From NCBI GenBank assembly GCA_043803015.1, contig JAZDKK010000062.1:391-64390 (forward strand): DNA of 64,000 nucleotides, read 5' to 3'. The position numbers and the translations under genes are program-made. Origin of the DNA: Verrucomicrobiota bacterium. Lineage in GTDB: Bacteria; Verrucomicrobiota; Kiritimatiellia; CAIQIC01; JAGNIJ01. Below, piece after piece: positions 36,299-46,318 of the stretch (the first letter of the stretch is position 1; each line of letters starts with the position of its first letter). The notes under the pieces were generated by a model. That model saw only the letters and a list, made by a program, of their open reading frames with translations, ran no database searches and had not been told where the DNA came from.

Positions 36299-38272
36299 CT
36301 AGTGGGGCGGCAGCTTGGTTGTCGCTTCCACGGCAACGATGCAGATATCGTCGGAAATCGGCTCGTAGCCCACGAAATTGGAGATGGCCTCCATCATCCC
36401 ATCCACCATCTCCTTGGCGCTCTTGAACATCATGCTCTGGAGCGTCTGTTCCATGCGCGCGATCCCGAATTCCTCGCCCCGCGTGTTCCGGGCCTCGTAC
36501 ACGCCGTCGGTGAACAGGATGAACACGTCCCCGTCCACCAGCCGGCTGTACCCCCCCGTGTAGTTCTCGCTGGGGAGGAGGCCCAGCGCAGTGCCCCGCG
36601 GCATCGGCACTTCCAGCCGCGCCACCCGCTGTGCGCTGCGCCGGATCTGGAACGGCGCGGGATGGCCCGCCGACGAGTACGTAGCCACGCGGGCTGTCGT
36701 GTCGGCCACGAAGTAGAAGCAGGAGGCATAGAGCGGCGTCGGCACGCTCCGCAGCAGGCCGCAGAAAAGCTTGTTCATCTCGGTGAGAAAATGGCGCGCG
36801 TTGCGGCCCTGCGGAGCCAGGTCGTCGATGAGCGTCCGGATGATCGCGGTGATCAGCGCGCTGCGCGTGCCGTGGCCCATGACGTCGGCAATGAACACGC
36901 CCGCGCAGTCCGGCGCCAGCGTCAGGATGTTGTAGAAGTCGCCGCCCAGGGCCAGCGCCGGCTCGTACCGGTGGTAGAATTCAAGCCGAAGCCGGCCGTC
37001 CACGTGCACGGCCGGGATCTTCGGGTAGGCGCGGTCGATGTACGCCTGCTGGAAGTCGCGGGCCAGATTCAGGTCCCGCTGCATCTCGAACGTCTGGGTC
37101 GTGTACTCGTCCTGAAGGTCCTGGAGAACGCGGTGAAGCCACTTCTGCAGTTCGCGCTGCAGGGGCGTCGCCTCGGGCAGGGCGCGCTTCGCAGGATCTT
37201 TGGACATCGGTTGGGGGATGACGGCGGACCTGCCGAGCGCCGTCCGCAGGATCCAGTCGCCAGCCTCCAGGAGCTCCGCCTGCGGGCCTATGATTTCCCG
37301 CGCGAAGAATCCGCGGAAATACCTGGCGCAAAGCAATGCAATAAGGACACTTAGGGCAAACACCGCCGCCGCCAAACCGTAGATTCCGAACGGCAGGAGC
37401 GCCTCGTGTTTGATCACCACGATCCACACGGGCTGACCCCAGGAAATGTCCGCGCCGAGGGGCCGCGCCAAGTAGCGCACACCGGCATACCATCCCCGCT
37501 CTTCCTCGGCTTGTCGCAGCCGGGCCGCCAGGCCCTTGATCACCTGCTCCCCCGCTTCGCCGGCCCCGACTGTCCATGCCCCACCCATCACCATCACCGC
37601 CGTGTCGCCCATCCTGGCGCTCGAGACCAGGTCCCTCGTCAAGCGGTCCATGTCCAGTTGCTCACACAGGACCCCTCTCAGGGCCGACGCCTCGCCGGCT
37701 TGGCCCAGGCCCAGCGCCAGCCCCATCAGGCGTCCGCTGGACATGCCGTCGCTCACCACCTCGCCCGGCCCGCGCATCTTCGCCAGCACCCACCACGGCT
37801 TGTCGCTGCAGTCGGCCGGTTGAGTCTTCCCTGACGACGCCAGCACGACGCCCTCGTGGTCCGTCAGCAGGAGGCCGCTGATGAAGGCCCGGCTGGCTTG
37901 CGCCCGCTGAAGAATTTCCGCGGCCGGATTGTTGAGCGCGCTCGCGGCGAGGGCGTTGCCTTGGTTGAGCACCGGTCCTTTTGGTTGGATGCCGGCGCCC
38001 GCTCCCGACCCCGCGGCCGCCGACCTTGGAGCCCCCACCCCGAGAAGCTCCTCCGTGGCGGACAGGCTGCCCAGCACACGCAGGCGGCCGATCTCGGTCG
38101 CCAGCCGCTGGTCCAACTCGCTCCTGACCTTCAGCTCGACGTTCTCGAGCTCAGACCAGTGTTTCCGGTTGAAGACGTACCAGGCCGCGACATTGATCCC
38201 GAGCAGCAACAGGGTGAGCGGCACGATCGCGAAGAGCGTCAAGCTGCGGTTGAGCCGGCTTATCAGGTTCAT
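36299..38272 (-). CDS. Membrane-anchored sensor protein phosphatase, PP2C/SpoIIE (RsbU-like) family
   Basis: Start ATG 38272 (MNLISRLNRSLTLFAIVPLTLLLLGINVAAWYVF, transmembrane segment). A second transmembrane segment follows (LLPFGIYGLAAAVFALSVLIALLCA). C-terminal PP2C motifs: LGGDFYNILTL, VFIADVMGHGTRSA, FILFTDGVYEARN, DDICIVAVE. Confidence 0.85.
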   Translation of the reverse strand: MNLISRLNRSLTLFAIVPLTLLLLGINVAAWYVFNRKHWSELENVELKVRSELDQRLATEIGRLRVLGSLSATEELLGVGAPRSAAAGSGAGAGIQPKGPVLNQGNALAASALNNPAAEILQRAQASRAFISGLLLTDHEGVVLASSGKTQPADCSDKPWWVLAKMRGPGEVVSDGMSSGRLMGLALGLGQAGEASALRGVLCEQLDMDRLTRDLVSSARMGDTAVMVMGGAWTVGAGEAGEQVIKGLAARLRQAEEERGWYAGVRYLARPLGADISWGQPVWIVVIKHEALLPFGIYGLAAAVFALSVLIALLCARYFRGFFAREIIGPQAELLEAGDWILRTALGRSAVIPQPMSKDPAKRALPEATPLQRELQKWLHRVLQDLQDEYTTQTFEMQRDLNLARDFQQAYIDRAYPKIPAVHVDGRLRLEFYHRYEPALALGGDFYNILTLAPDCAGVFIADVMGHGTRSALITAIIRTLIDDLAPQGRNARHFLTEMNKLFCGLLRSVPTPLYASCFYFVADTTARVATYSSAGHPAPFQIRRSAQRVARLEVPMPRGTALGLLPSENYTGGYSRLVDGDVFILFTDGVYEARNTRGEEFGIARMEQTLQSMMFKSAKEMVDGMMEAISNFVGYEPISDDICIVAVEATTKLPPH

Positions 38273-38548
38273 CGTTCGTCCCTGTGTCCCAGATCCTTGA
38301 TGCCTCCGACTAGCCCGCGGCCCCATGCTGCCCTGGAACTCATCACGGGCTCCAGCCGTCCATCTATCCTACACTCCAGCTCGGCCCATTGTATGCGGCG
38401 TGGCCGCCGCCCGCCATGCTTTTCCGCACCGAGCTGCTTACCGGACGGGTTGCGTCTTGTAGGGAAATCGGAAAAAGGCCACTTCGTGGTTGCGCGGGCC
38501 TCCTCGCCGGTCTAAGCGTAGTCTGGAGTTTTTCGCCTCGGAGCTCTC

Positions 38549-38956
38549 ATGGCCACGCGCAAGGTCAGCGTACTCGTCATCGACGACCAGGACGATAATT
38601 GCTCGTTTTTCCGCAACGTCCTGACCGCCCATGGCTACGCGTGCGATTGCGCACGCGGCGGCCAGGAGGGTCTCGTCAAGCTCAGCGAGAAGGCCTACGA
38701 CGTCGTGTTCCTCGACCTCTTCATGCCCGGGATCGACGGCGAAGCCATCCTTTCGTGGTTGAGGTCCCGCCTTCCCAGGACCTCCGTCGTCATCTCCTCC
38801 GTTCAGGACGATCACACGACCATGCGTCAGATGCTTGTCGCAGGCGCGACCGCATACCTCATCAAGCCGCTGACCCCGGAGCAGGTGCTGAGCGTGATGA
38901 GGGGCATCGAGAACCGGCGAACCGCCGCAGGACTCGACCTCGTGGCGTCGGGTTGA
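38549..38956 (+). CDS. Stand-alone response regulator receiver (CheY-like)
   Basis: VLVIDDQDD, the phosphoacceptor context DVVFLDLFMPGIDG, VVISSV and YLIKP. 135 aa. Divergent from the PP2C gene. Confidence 0.88.
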   Translation: MATRKVSVLVIDDQDDNCSFFRNVLTAHGYACDCARGGQEGLVKLSEKAYDVVFLDLFMPGIDGEAILSWLRSRLPRTSVVISSVQDDHTTMRQMLVAGATAYLIKPLTPEQVLSVMRGIENRRTAAGLDLVASG

Positions 38957-39073
38957 TGCCGGCCTGCAGTTTGTTCCCCGCACCGGAACGAGTCTACTTG
39001 GGCTGACCCCGCTTGCGCCTGCTCAATCAGGCTGTAACATCCGTATTATAAAGTAGTTACAACTTCTGTGCGC

Positions 39074-41020
39074 CTAGGAGTTTCTGGCCTCGCTTGACCG
39101 CCGCGCGCGTGCCTGCTTCTCGATCCACACCGAGAGTATGGCGATGTCGGAGGGGTTCACTCCGGAGATTCGCGAGGCCTGTCCCAGGTTCTCTGGCTGG
39201 ACCCGCTCCAACTTCTCGCGCGCCTCGAACCGGAGCGCGCGTATTTCGCCGAACTTCATGCCGGGCGGGATCCTGATGTTCTCCAGCTTCTCCGAACGCA
39301 GAACGTCCCTGTACTCCCGCTCAATGTAGCCTTCGTACTTGACGCTGATCTCGACCAGCTCGGCCACCTCCGGAGAAAGGTCGCGTCGCGCTCCCGGGAG
39401 AGTCTGATAGCTCATCTCCGGCCGTCGAAGGATCTGCGCCAGGGAGCACCCATCGGCGAACGTGCTCTTGAGCCGCGCCAGTTCTTTCTCGACGTCCGCG
39501 CCCACGCCCTCGACTTCGCGCAGTCGTTCTGCCGGCACGACGCCCAGCCTCCGGGCGTGACGGACCATTCGCAGGGCCGCATTGTCTTGCCGCAGGATCA
39601 GCCGCCGTTCAGCACGAGAGGTGAACATTCGGTAAGGCTCGTCCGTGCCCTTCGTGACCAGGTCGTCGATAAGAACGCCGATATAGGCTTCGTTCCTGCT
39701 CAGGACAAACGAGTCCTCTCCGCGGACCCTGAGCACGGCATTTGCGCCAGCCATAAATCCTTGGCCCGCAGCTTCTTCATAGCCCGTGGTGCCATTGATC
39801 TGCCCGGCGAAGAAGAGGTTGTCCACGAGCTTCGTCTCCAGGCTGTGGCGGAGTTGCGTTGGATCCGCGAAGTCGTATTCGATCGCGTAGCCGGGCCTGA
39901 CAAACACAGCTCGTTCAAGGCCTGGAATCGAGTGGATCATCTCCAGCTGCACGTCCTCTGGGAGGCTGTTGGATGTGCCATTGGGGTACACCTCGACCAG
40001 TTCACGCCCCTCCGGCTCGACGAAGATGTGGTGCGCCGAATGGTGTGGGAACTTGACGATCTTGTCCTCGATGGATGGACAGTACCGTACGCCGGTGCCT
40101 GTTATGACCCCTCCGTAGAGGGCACTCTTGTCCAAGTTGTCGGTTATGATCTGGTGGGTCCGTTCCGTGGTGTGCGTAAGGTAACAGGGGATCTGGCCGC
40201 TGCCGGGAGGCCACGGCCGGAGGGGGTCCGAGCCTTGTTCCACGTGGAACAATCCCTGGTCGGACTTCTGATTCGTGACCCCTGACTTCACGCCCTGTTC
40301 CACGTGGAACAACCGCCATTCCAGCCTTGCTGACGCCGAGAAGAACGGGGGTGGTTCCAACCCGGGCTGAATCTGCATGCTCCCGTACTCCACGCTATCC
40401 CTGTGGAGCCTGGGCGGCGTGCCTGTCTTCAATCGGCCCATGCGGAATCCGAGGTGCCTGAGCGACCGACTGAGCTCGTTGGATGCCTTCTCGCCAATAC
40501 GGCCGCCCTCAAAGCTCCGTTTTCCGATGTGAATCGTGCCGTTCAGGAAGGTGCCCGCTGCAATCACCACCGTTTTCCCCGCGATGGAGGAGCCATCGGC
40601 TGTCTTGACCCCTCTGAGCCGGCCGTTCTCAACCCATATTTCGGTGACCAGCGCTTCTATGACCTCCAGCCCCCGTGTTCGCTCGATTACGGCGATCATC
40701 CGCCTTGGGAAAGCGGCCTTGTCGCATTGAGCCCGGTGGGCCTGGACCGCCGGGCCCTTACGGGTGTTGAGAGTGCGGAACTGGATGCCGGTGTAGTCCG
40801 TGTTCCGAGCCATCTCGCCGCCCAAGGCGTCGAGCTCGAAAACGATGTGGGACTTCGCCATCCCGCCAACCGAAGGATTGCACGACATCCTCGCGATCGC
40901 ACTTCGGTCGATCGTTACGAGTGCCGTCTTCGCGCCCATCCTCGCAGCCGCCAGCGCCGCCTCGTAACCAGCATGTCCGCCCCCAACGACAATCACGTCG
41001 AATGGTAGACCTCTATGCAT
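39074..41020 (-). CDS. mnmG: tRNA uridine 5-carboxymethylaminomethyl modification enzyme MnmG (GidA), carrying an insertion of about 35 aa that contains two parS sites
   Basis: FAD motif [22 protein letters not shown]. Also [39 protein letters not shown] and [19 protein letters not shown]. The insertion is [35 protein letters not shown], just before the conserved QIPCYLTHT. Confidence 0.95.
   Translation of the reverse strand: MHRGLPFDVIVVGGGHAGYEAALAAARMGAKTALVTIDRSAIARMSCNPSVGGMAKSHIVFELDALGGEMARNTDYTGIQFRTLNTRKGPAVQAHRAQCDKAAFPRRMIAVIERTRGLEVIEALVTEIWVENGRLRGVKTADGSSIAGKTVVIAAGTFLNGTIHIGKRSFEGGRIGEKASNELSRSLRHLGFRMGRLKTGTPPRLHRDSVEYGSMQIQPGLEPPPFFSASARLEWRLFHVEQGVKSGVTNQKSDQGLFHVEQGSDPLRPWPPGSGQIPCYLTHTTERTHQIITDNLDKSALYGGVITGTGVRYCPSIEDKIVKFPHHSAHHIFVEPEGRELVEVYPNGTSNSLPEDVQLEMIHSIPGLERAVFVRPGYAIEYDFADPTQLRHSLETKLVDNLFFAGQINGTTGYEEAAGQGFMAGANAVLRVRGEDSFVLSRNEAYIGVLIDDLVTKGTDEPYRMFTSRAERRLILRQDNAALRMVRHARRLGVVPAERLREVEGVGADVEKELARLKSTFADGCSLAQILRRPEMSYQTLPGARRDLSPEVAELVEISVKYEGYIEREYRDVLRSEKLENIRIPPGMKFGEIRALRFEAREKLERVQPENLGQASRISGVNPSDIAILSVWIEKQARARRSSEARNS
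40237..40252. other. parS centromere-like site (ParB-binding consensus), copy 1
   Basis: TGTTCCACGTGGAACA is a perfect 16-bp palindrome (18 bp including the flanking T/A). It matches the parS family consensus TGTTNCACGTGAAACA. Confidence 0.8.
40297..40312. other. parS centromere-like site, copy 2
   Basis: An identical TGTTCCACGTGGAACA lies exactly 60 bp (20 codons) from copy 1. Both are translated in frame as FHVEQ within mnmG. Confidence 0.8.
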
Positions 41021-41104
41021 TGTGTAAGTCTTTAATAAGCAACATGTTACATTAATAATGCTGCGCCGCTGTACGCTCCGTAAACCGGACGGACTGGCTC
41101 GCGA

Positions 41105-42496
41105 TTACTTGCCGATACAGAATCGTGAGAAGATGCTGGCGAGCAGTTCCTCCTGGTAGACTCTTCCCGTAGCCGAGCCGACCGATTCGAGCGCTGATCG
41201 CAAACACTCTGCAGCCAGAACCGTATTGTCACCCGGCCCCTTCTCCAGGAGTTCGAGCGCCTTGCCGATCTCGCCGCCAGTTTCCGTCAGCAATTGGCGG
41301 TGCCGTTCGGAAATCACCGCATGCGGCGGGGCGGACAGGTCCACGCCGGACTCGAGCTTCAGCGACATCTCGCGCCGGACTTCATCAACACCCACCCCCT
41401 TCACCAGGCTCGTCTCCACCGCGGCGAATCCGGGAACGTCCTCGGCTTTCACGACCCTGCCCAAATCTGTCTTGTTGAGGACCACCACCGTTCGCTCGTC
41501 CCCGAGCGTCTTCAGTCGGTCACGGTCCTCGGCCTCCAGGGGAGCCGACGCGTCAACAACGTACAGGTGGAGGTCCGCTTTCTGCATGTGCGCCTTGGTC
41601 CGGCGGATGCCCTCCTGCTCGATTTCGGACTGCGCCTCTCTCAGCCCGGCGGTGTCCACCAGCCGGATCGGTATACCGTCCAGCACAAGCCCTTCCTCTA
41701 TCGTATCGCGCGTGGTACCAGGTAGATGTGAAACGATGACGCGGTCCTTACCCAGCAGGGCATTCATCAGGGTCGACTTGCCCACGTTGGGTCGTCCGGC
41801 GATGACCACGAGCGCCCCTTCCCGGATCAGATGCCCCTCGTCCCACGTTCCGAGCAGGCTGCCAACCTCGTCCCTGGCACTCGTCAATCGGGCTGCCAGC
41901 TCGGTCACCGTCGAGGAGGGAAGCTCGTCGTCGGGGAAGTCCAGGGTTGCCTCCAGGTCCGTCGCCACGGAAAGCAGGCCGTCGTAGATCACGTTGAAAC
42001 GGCGGCTCAGCCCGCCTTCGAGCTGCTCCACCGCGGCCGCCGCCGCGCGGTCCGACCGGGCTCGCACCAGGTCCAGTACGGCCTCGGCCTGCAGAAGGTC
42101 GATCCTTCCGTTCAGGAAGGCGCGCCGGGTGAACTCGCCGGGCTCGGCCATCCGCGCCCCCGACTCGAGCACGCGGCGCAGGATCCGCCGCGCGGCGAGC
42201 GTGCCGCCGTGGCCCTGGATCTCCACAACATCCTCGCACGTGTAGCTGTGCGGGGCCCGCATGATCAGCAGCAGCACCTCGTCCACGTCGCCGCCGTCGC
42301 CCGTGATGCGCCCGTGCAGGACCACGTGCGAGGACCGCTCGGACGGCCGCGGGGGGGGGCCGGAGAAAACCTTGTCCGCGACCCGGAGGCTGTCCGGGCC
42401 GGATATCCTCACGATCGAAACGCCGGCCTCGCCGGGCGCGGTCGCGATCGCTGTAATGGTGTCGTCCTGGCAGCTCACCTGCGTCCTCCCACCCAT
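41105..42496 (-). CDS. mnmE: tRNA modification GTPase MnmE (TrmE)
   Basis: DTITAIATAPGEAGVSIVRISG, G1 box GRPNVGKSTLMN, DTAGLR, and the C-terminal CIGK tetrapeptide. I prefer the start at ATG 42496 because a perfect TATAAT box lies inside the longer track ORF (start 42538). Confidence 0.92.
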   Translation of the reverse strand: MGGRTQVSCQDDTITAIATAPGEAGVSIVRISGPDSLRVADKVFSGPPPRPSERSSHVVLHGRITGDGGDVDEVLLLIMRAPHSYTCEDVVEIQGHGGTLAARRILRRVLESGARMAEPGEFTRRAFLNGRIDLLQAEAVLDLVRARSDRAAAAAVEQLEGGLSRRFNVIYDGLLSVATDLEATLDFPDDELPSSTVTELAARLTSARDEVGSLLGTWDEGHLIREGALVVIAGRPNVGKSTLMNALLGKDRVIVSHLPGTTRDTIEEGLVLDGIPIRLVDTAGLREAQSEIEQEGIRRTKAHMQKADLHLYVVDASAPLEAEDRDRLKTLGDERTVVVLNKTDLGRVVKAEDVPGFAAVETSLVKGVGVDEVRREMSLKLESGVDLSAPPHAVISERHRQLLTETGGEIGKALELLEKGPGDNTVLAAECLRSALESVGSATGRVYQEELLASIFSRFCIGK

Positions 42497-42508
42497 GTCG
42501 GGCCGCGC

Positions 42509-42539
42509 ATTATATACCGTGCGCCATCCTGCATGCAAA
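42509..42539 (-). promoter_or_regulatory. Putative sigma-70-type promoter of mnmE
   Basis: On the minus strand: TTTGCA (42539..42534), then TATATAAT with a perfect TATAAT at 42514..42509. Only 12 nt separate the -10 box from ATG 42496, which implies a very short leader. Confidence 0.4.
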
Positions 42540-42813
42540 CGGCCGTGCGCCCGCTCCTCGGGTCCCGCCGGCGCGCCGGAAGGGGATCCTCACGCCGGTC
42601 ACGCGCATGCTGCGAACAGCGTTTTCAGTCCGTGTTTAAAGGCCTGGAACGATGTGTGTGGGACCGGTACCCATTTCCCGTTGACAGGGGTATTCTTTCT
42701 ATGCAGACTCCGCGCCCTCATGAATCGGGAAGGGCAGGAGGGCACCGGTTGATGCGGCGTCCGGGTGGGCGTCAGTTCCTCGTTGTTCTGGTGACCGGCG
42801 TTTACTATTTTAC

Positions 42814-45800
42814 ATGGAAGCAACGCGACTGGACTCTGGAGACATGATGAAGAAAAGCGCCCGCCCGACGCCGGGGTATCTGCTGGGAGGATCCGGCGAG
42901 TTTGTCATCGAGCACTACAACGAGGCCAAGCCCTTTGCCAGCTTCTTTCCCGGCATCGCGGGGCCGCACGGCATCCCCATGTGGGCGTTCTACGTCAACC
43001 GCGGCCAGTGCGTCTGCAGCATGGGCATCGAGGACAAGGAGCATCCCATCATGGAGTTCCTGTCCGCGAACGCCGCCTACCAGCTGACCTCCGTCCAGGG
43101 ATTCCGCACCTTCATCAAGCTGCAGGACGGACGGCGTACGCGCTTCTATGAACCTTTCCAGCAACGCCTGAGCGACGAGGGGATGAACCGAGTCCAACGG
43201 ATGATCATCCTGCCGGCCCAGCTGACCCTGGAAGAGGTCAACCGGACGCTCGGCCTGCAGTTCACGATCGACTACTTCAACGTTCCCGAGGACAGCTACG
43301 CCGGCCTGATCCGGGTCCTCCGCATCCGCAACCTCAGCCGCAGGACGGCCCGCCTGCAGTTCCTCGACGGCCTGCCCCTCATCATTCCCTTCGGCGTGGA
43401 CAACTACAACCTCAAGCACATGCGCCGCCTCGTGGAGTCGTTCGTCGAGGTGATCAATTACGAGCGCGGGGTCCCGTATTTCAAGGGGAAGGTGAAGCAG
43501 GAGGACCGGCCGGAGATCATGGAGATCAAGGAGGGCAACTTCTACGCCGGCTTCGTCGTCGGACCGAAGGGGTCGCGGCTGGCGACGCCGATCGTGGACC
43601 CGCAATGGATCTTCGGCAGCCTGACGGACTTCAGCTATCCCGAGCGCTTCCTGGCCGCCACGCCGTTCCGCATCAAGCCGGGCCAGATCCTCGAGAACCG
43701 GCTCCCGTGCGCCATGGGCCTGGCTTCGGCCAACATCCCGGCCGGCGGCACGTTCACCTACTGCTCCATCATCGGCTCGACGTCTACTGTCGAGGAACTC
43801 AACCGCCTCGTGCCGCGCATCACGCGGATGAGCTACGTCGAGCGCAAGCAGCGGCAGAACGCGGACCTGATCGAGCAGCTCACGCAGAACAACTTCACCG
43901 CGAGCGGTTCCGGGACCTTCGATCTCTACTGCCGGCAGAACTTCCTGGACAACACCCTGCGCGGCGGCCTGCCGGTCTCGCTCTCGGGCAACGGCTCCGT
44001 GACCACGTTGCACCTGTACTCGCGCAAGCACGGCGACCTGGAGCGGGACTACAACGACTACCGGCTGTCGCCCACGAACTACTCGCAGGGCAACGGCAAC
44101 TTCCGCGACGTGAATCAGAACCGCCGGAACGATCTCTTCCTCAACCCCGACGTGAGGGAGAGCAGCGTCGAGCACTTCCACAATCTCATCCAGCTCGACG
44201 GCTTCAATCCGCTCGTCGTCAAGCCCACCAGCTTCAGCGTGAAGAACCACAAGGTGCTGGACCGTATTCTTCGTAAATCCATCCCCTCTAAGTACTTGGC
44301 GACGGTGCGCGAGTTCTTCGGCCAGCGGTTCTCTCCCGGCCAGCTGATGTCGTTCCTGGCCGAGCGCCGCATCCGTCCTTCCCTGCCGCCCGATGACTTC
44401 GTCGGGCAGATCCTCGCCGTCTGCAGCAAGCACCAGGAGATCGATGTCGGGCACGGCTACTGGAGCGACCACTGGACGTACAACCTCGACCTGCTCGAGA
44501 ACTACCTGGCGGTGTACCCGGAGAACCTGCGCTACGTCCTCCTGGAGAAGAAGAGCTTCACGTTCTTCGACAACCCGCACCGCGTCCTGCCCCGCGACGA
44601 CAAGTACGTGGTCTGGGACGGCCGCCTCATGCAGCTGGGGTCCGTCGTGGGCAGCCCGGAGAAGGAGCAGCTGATCCGCCAGCGGACGGACACCCCGTAC
44701 GAGGTCCGGACCCGCTCCGGCAAAGGCGACATCTACCACACGACGCTCCTCGGCAAGCTGGTCTGCCTGGTGGCGAACAAGCTTGCCTCGCTGGACCCCT
44801 TCGGCGTCGGCATCGAGATGGAATCCGACAAGCCGAACTGGTACGACGCCCTGAACGGCCTGCCGGGCCAGCTCGGCTCAAGCATTTCAGAAACCCTTGA
44901 GCTTAAACGGCTTATGCTGTTCATCCTGGACTCCCTGCGCAGGCTGAACGTCGGCCAGGGCGAGGCGTGCATGCTGTTCGCCGAGGCGGAGGAGCTGGTG
45001 GACCGCTTGCACCGGCTCATGAAGGAGTACTTCGGGCGCCGCGACGGTTCGCGCGATTTCGATTTCTGGGACAGGGCCTCCTCCGCCAAGGAGGAGTACC
45101 GCGAGAAGACGCGGCTGGGCATCGCCGGCGGGGAGAAGGCGGTGCGCATGGGCGACCTCCGCGATTTCCTCGAGCTCGCGGTGAAGAAGCTGGACCTCGG
45201 CATCGCGAAGGCGTGGGACCGCAAGAGGAAGATCCTCTACACGTACTTCATCAACAAGGTGGTCCAGTCGCAGCCCATCGTCCAGTACGGCCCGGGCGGC
45301 ACCCGCAGCGTGAAGCGCAGCCGCAAGGGGTTGCCCTGTTTCCGCGCGCTTAAGTTCAAGCAGGTCCCGCTGCCGCTGTTCCTCGAAGGGCCCGTGCATT
45401 TTCTTCGGATCGAGCACGATGCCAAGAACGCCGCCGATCTCGTCCGGCGCATCCGCAACAGCGGGCTCTACGACCGCAAGCTCAAGATGTACAAGGTCAA
45501 CGAGTCGCTCGAGGACCAGCCCATGGAAATCGGCCGCACGCGGACGTTTTCCCGCGGCTGGCTGGAGAACGAGTCGATCTGGCTCCACATGGAGTACAAG
45601 TACCTGCTCGAGCTGCTGCGCTGCGGCCTGCACCGGGATTTCTACCAGGACATGAAGACGATGCTCGTTCCGTTCCTGAAGCCGGAGGTCTACGGGCGCA
45701 GCATCCTGGAGAACTCGTCCTTCATCGCCAGCAGCGCCAACCCGGATGTGGCCGTCCACGGCAACGGCTTCGTGGCCCGCCTGAGCGGCTCGACCGCCGA

Positions 45801-46194
45801 GTGGATCCACATCCTCCTGTTGATGACGGTGGGCGAGAAGCCGTTCCGCGTGAATACCCAGGGCGACCTGGAGCTCCAGTTCCGCCCGGCCTTGCCGGCC
45901 TGGCTGTTCACGCGGAAACCGACGTCCGCGCAGCTGTGGATTGACGGAGAGCGCAGGACGGTCCGCTTCCCGGCCAACACGTTCAGCTTCTTCTTCCTGG
46001 GGAGCACGCTCGTCACGTTCCATAACCCGCGCCGGCGGGATACCTTTGGCGAGCGCGCCGTGCAGCCGCGCGCGTGGACGCTCACGCATGCAAGCGGCCC
46101 CGTCACGCGGATCGAAGGCAACAGCATCAGCGGCCTTCTGGCGCGGCAGGTCCGCGAACGGAAGATCCGGCGGATCGAGATCGAGCTTGGTTAA
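42814..46194 (+). CDS. Large conserved protein, putative glycan phosphorylase/hydrolase (COG3459 / GH94-related; function uncertain)
   Basis: A 1126-aa ORF with a coherent protein-like sequence. The N-terminal motif FFPGIAGPHGIPMWAFYVNRGQ is one I recall, from memory only, from proteins annotated as cellobiose-phosphorylase-like. Alternative starts are at 42844 and 42847, after GGAGA. Confidence 0.6.
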   Translation: MEATRLDSGDMMKKSARPTPGYLLGGSGEFVIEHYNEAKPFASFFPGIAGPHGIPMWAFYVNRGQCVCSMGIEDKEHPIMEFLSANAAYQLTSVQGFRTFIKLQDGRRTRFYEPFQQRLSDEGMNRVQRMIILPAQLTLEEVNRTLGLQFTIDYFNVPEDSYAGLIRVLRIRNLSRRTARLQFLDGLPLIIPFGVDNYNLKHMRRLVESFVEVINYERGVPYFKGKVKQEDRPEIMEIKEGNFYAGFVVGPKGSRLATPIVDPQWIFGSLTDFSYPERFLAATPFRIKPGQILENRLPCAMGLASANIPAGGTFTYCSIIGSTSTVEELNRLVPRITRMSYVERKQRQNADLIEQLTQNNFTASGSGTFDLYCRQNFLDNTLRGGLPVSLSGNGSVTTLHLYSRKHGDLERDYNDYRLSPTNYSQGNGNFRDVNQNRRNDLFLNPDVRESSVEHFHNLIQLDGFNPLVVKPTSFSVKNHKVLDRILRKSIPSKYLATVREFFGQRFSPGQLMSFLAERRIRPSLPPDDFVGQILAVCSKHQEIDVGHGYWSDHWTYNLDLLENYLAVYPENLRYVLLEKKSFTFFDNPHRVLPRDDKYVVWDGRLMQLGSVVGSPEKEQLIRQRTDTPYEVRTRSGKGDIYHTTLLGKLVCLVANKLASLDPFGVGIEMESDKPNWYDALNGLPGQLGSSISETLELKRLMLFILDSLRRLNVGQGEACMLFAEAEELVDRLHRLMKEYFGRRDGSRDFDFWDRASSAKEEYREKTRLGIAGGEKAVRMGDLRDFLELAVKKLDLGIAKAWDRKRKILYTYFINKVVQSQPIVQYGPGGTRSVKRSRKGLPCFRALKFKQVPLPLFLEGPVHFLRIEHDAKNAADLVRRIRNSGLYDRKLKMYKVNESLEDQPMEIGRTRTFSRGWLENESIWLHMEYKYLLELLRCGLHRDFYQDMKTMLVPFLKPEVYGRSILENSSFIASSANPDVAVHGNGFVARLSGSTAEWIHILLLMTVGEKPFRVNTQGDLELQFRPALPAWLFTRKPTSAQLWIDGERRTVRFPANTFSFFFLGSTLVTFHNPRRRDTFGERAVQPRAWTLTHASGPVTRIEGNSISGLLARQVRERKIRRIEIELG

Positions 46195-46283
46195 CGCAAA
46201 GGCGCAAAGGTGACAGAAAGACGCTGAGCAGACGCGTTGCGCACGGCTTTGCGCCTTTCCCTCCGGCTCTGCGCCTTTGCGTT
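46193..46283. repeat. Intergenic inverted-repeat structure (possible terminator or REP-like element)
   Basis: AACGCAAAGGCGCA (46193..46206, overlapping the TAA stop) pairs with TGCGCCTTTGCGTT (46270..46283). The left arm can instead pair with CTTTGCGCCTT (46247..46257). No U-tract follows. Confidence 0.4.
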
Positions 46284-46318
46284 GAGAATCTGAAACATGC
46301 AGGAAAGGAAGTACCGCC

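Noticed and set aside
38957-41104. TGTAAC / GTTACA and AACATGTT motifs in the AT-rich flanks of mnmG and upstream of the RayT-like gene (about 61125), considered as one shared regulator site
   Set aside because: Orientation, spacing and sequence context are inconsistent among the copies. Short A/T-containing hexamers are expected to concentrate in the few AT-rich spacers of a GC-rich genome.
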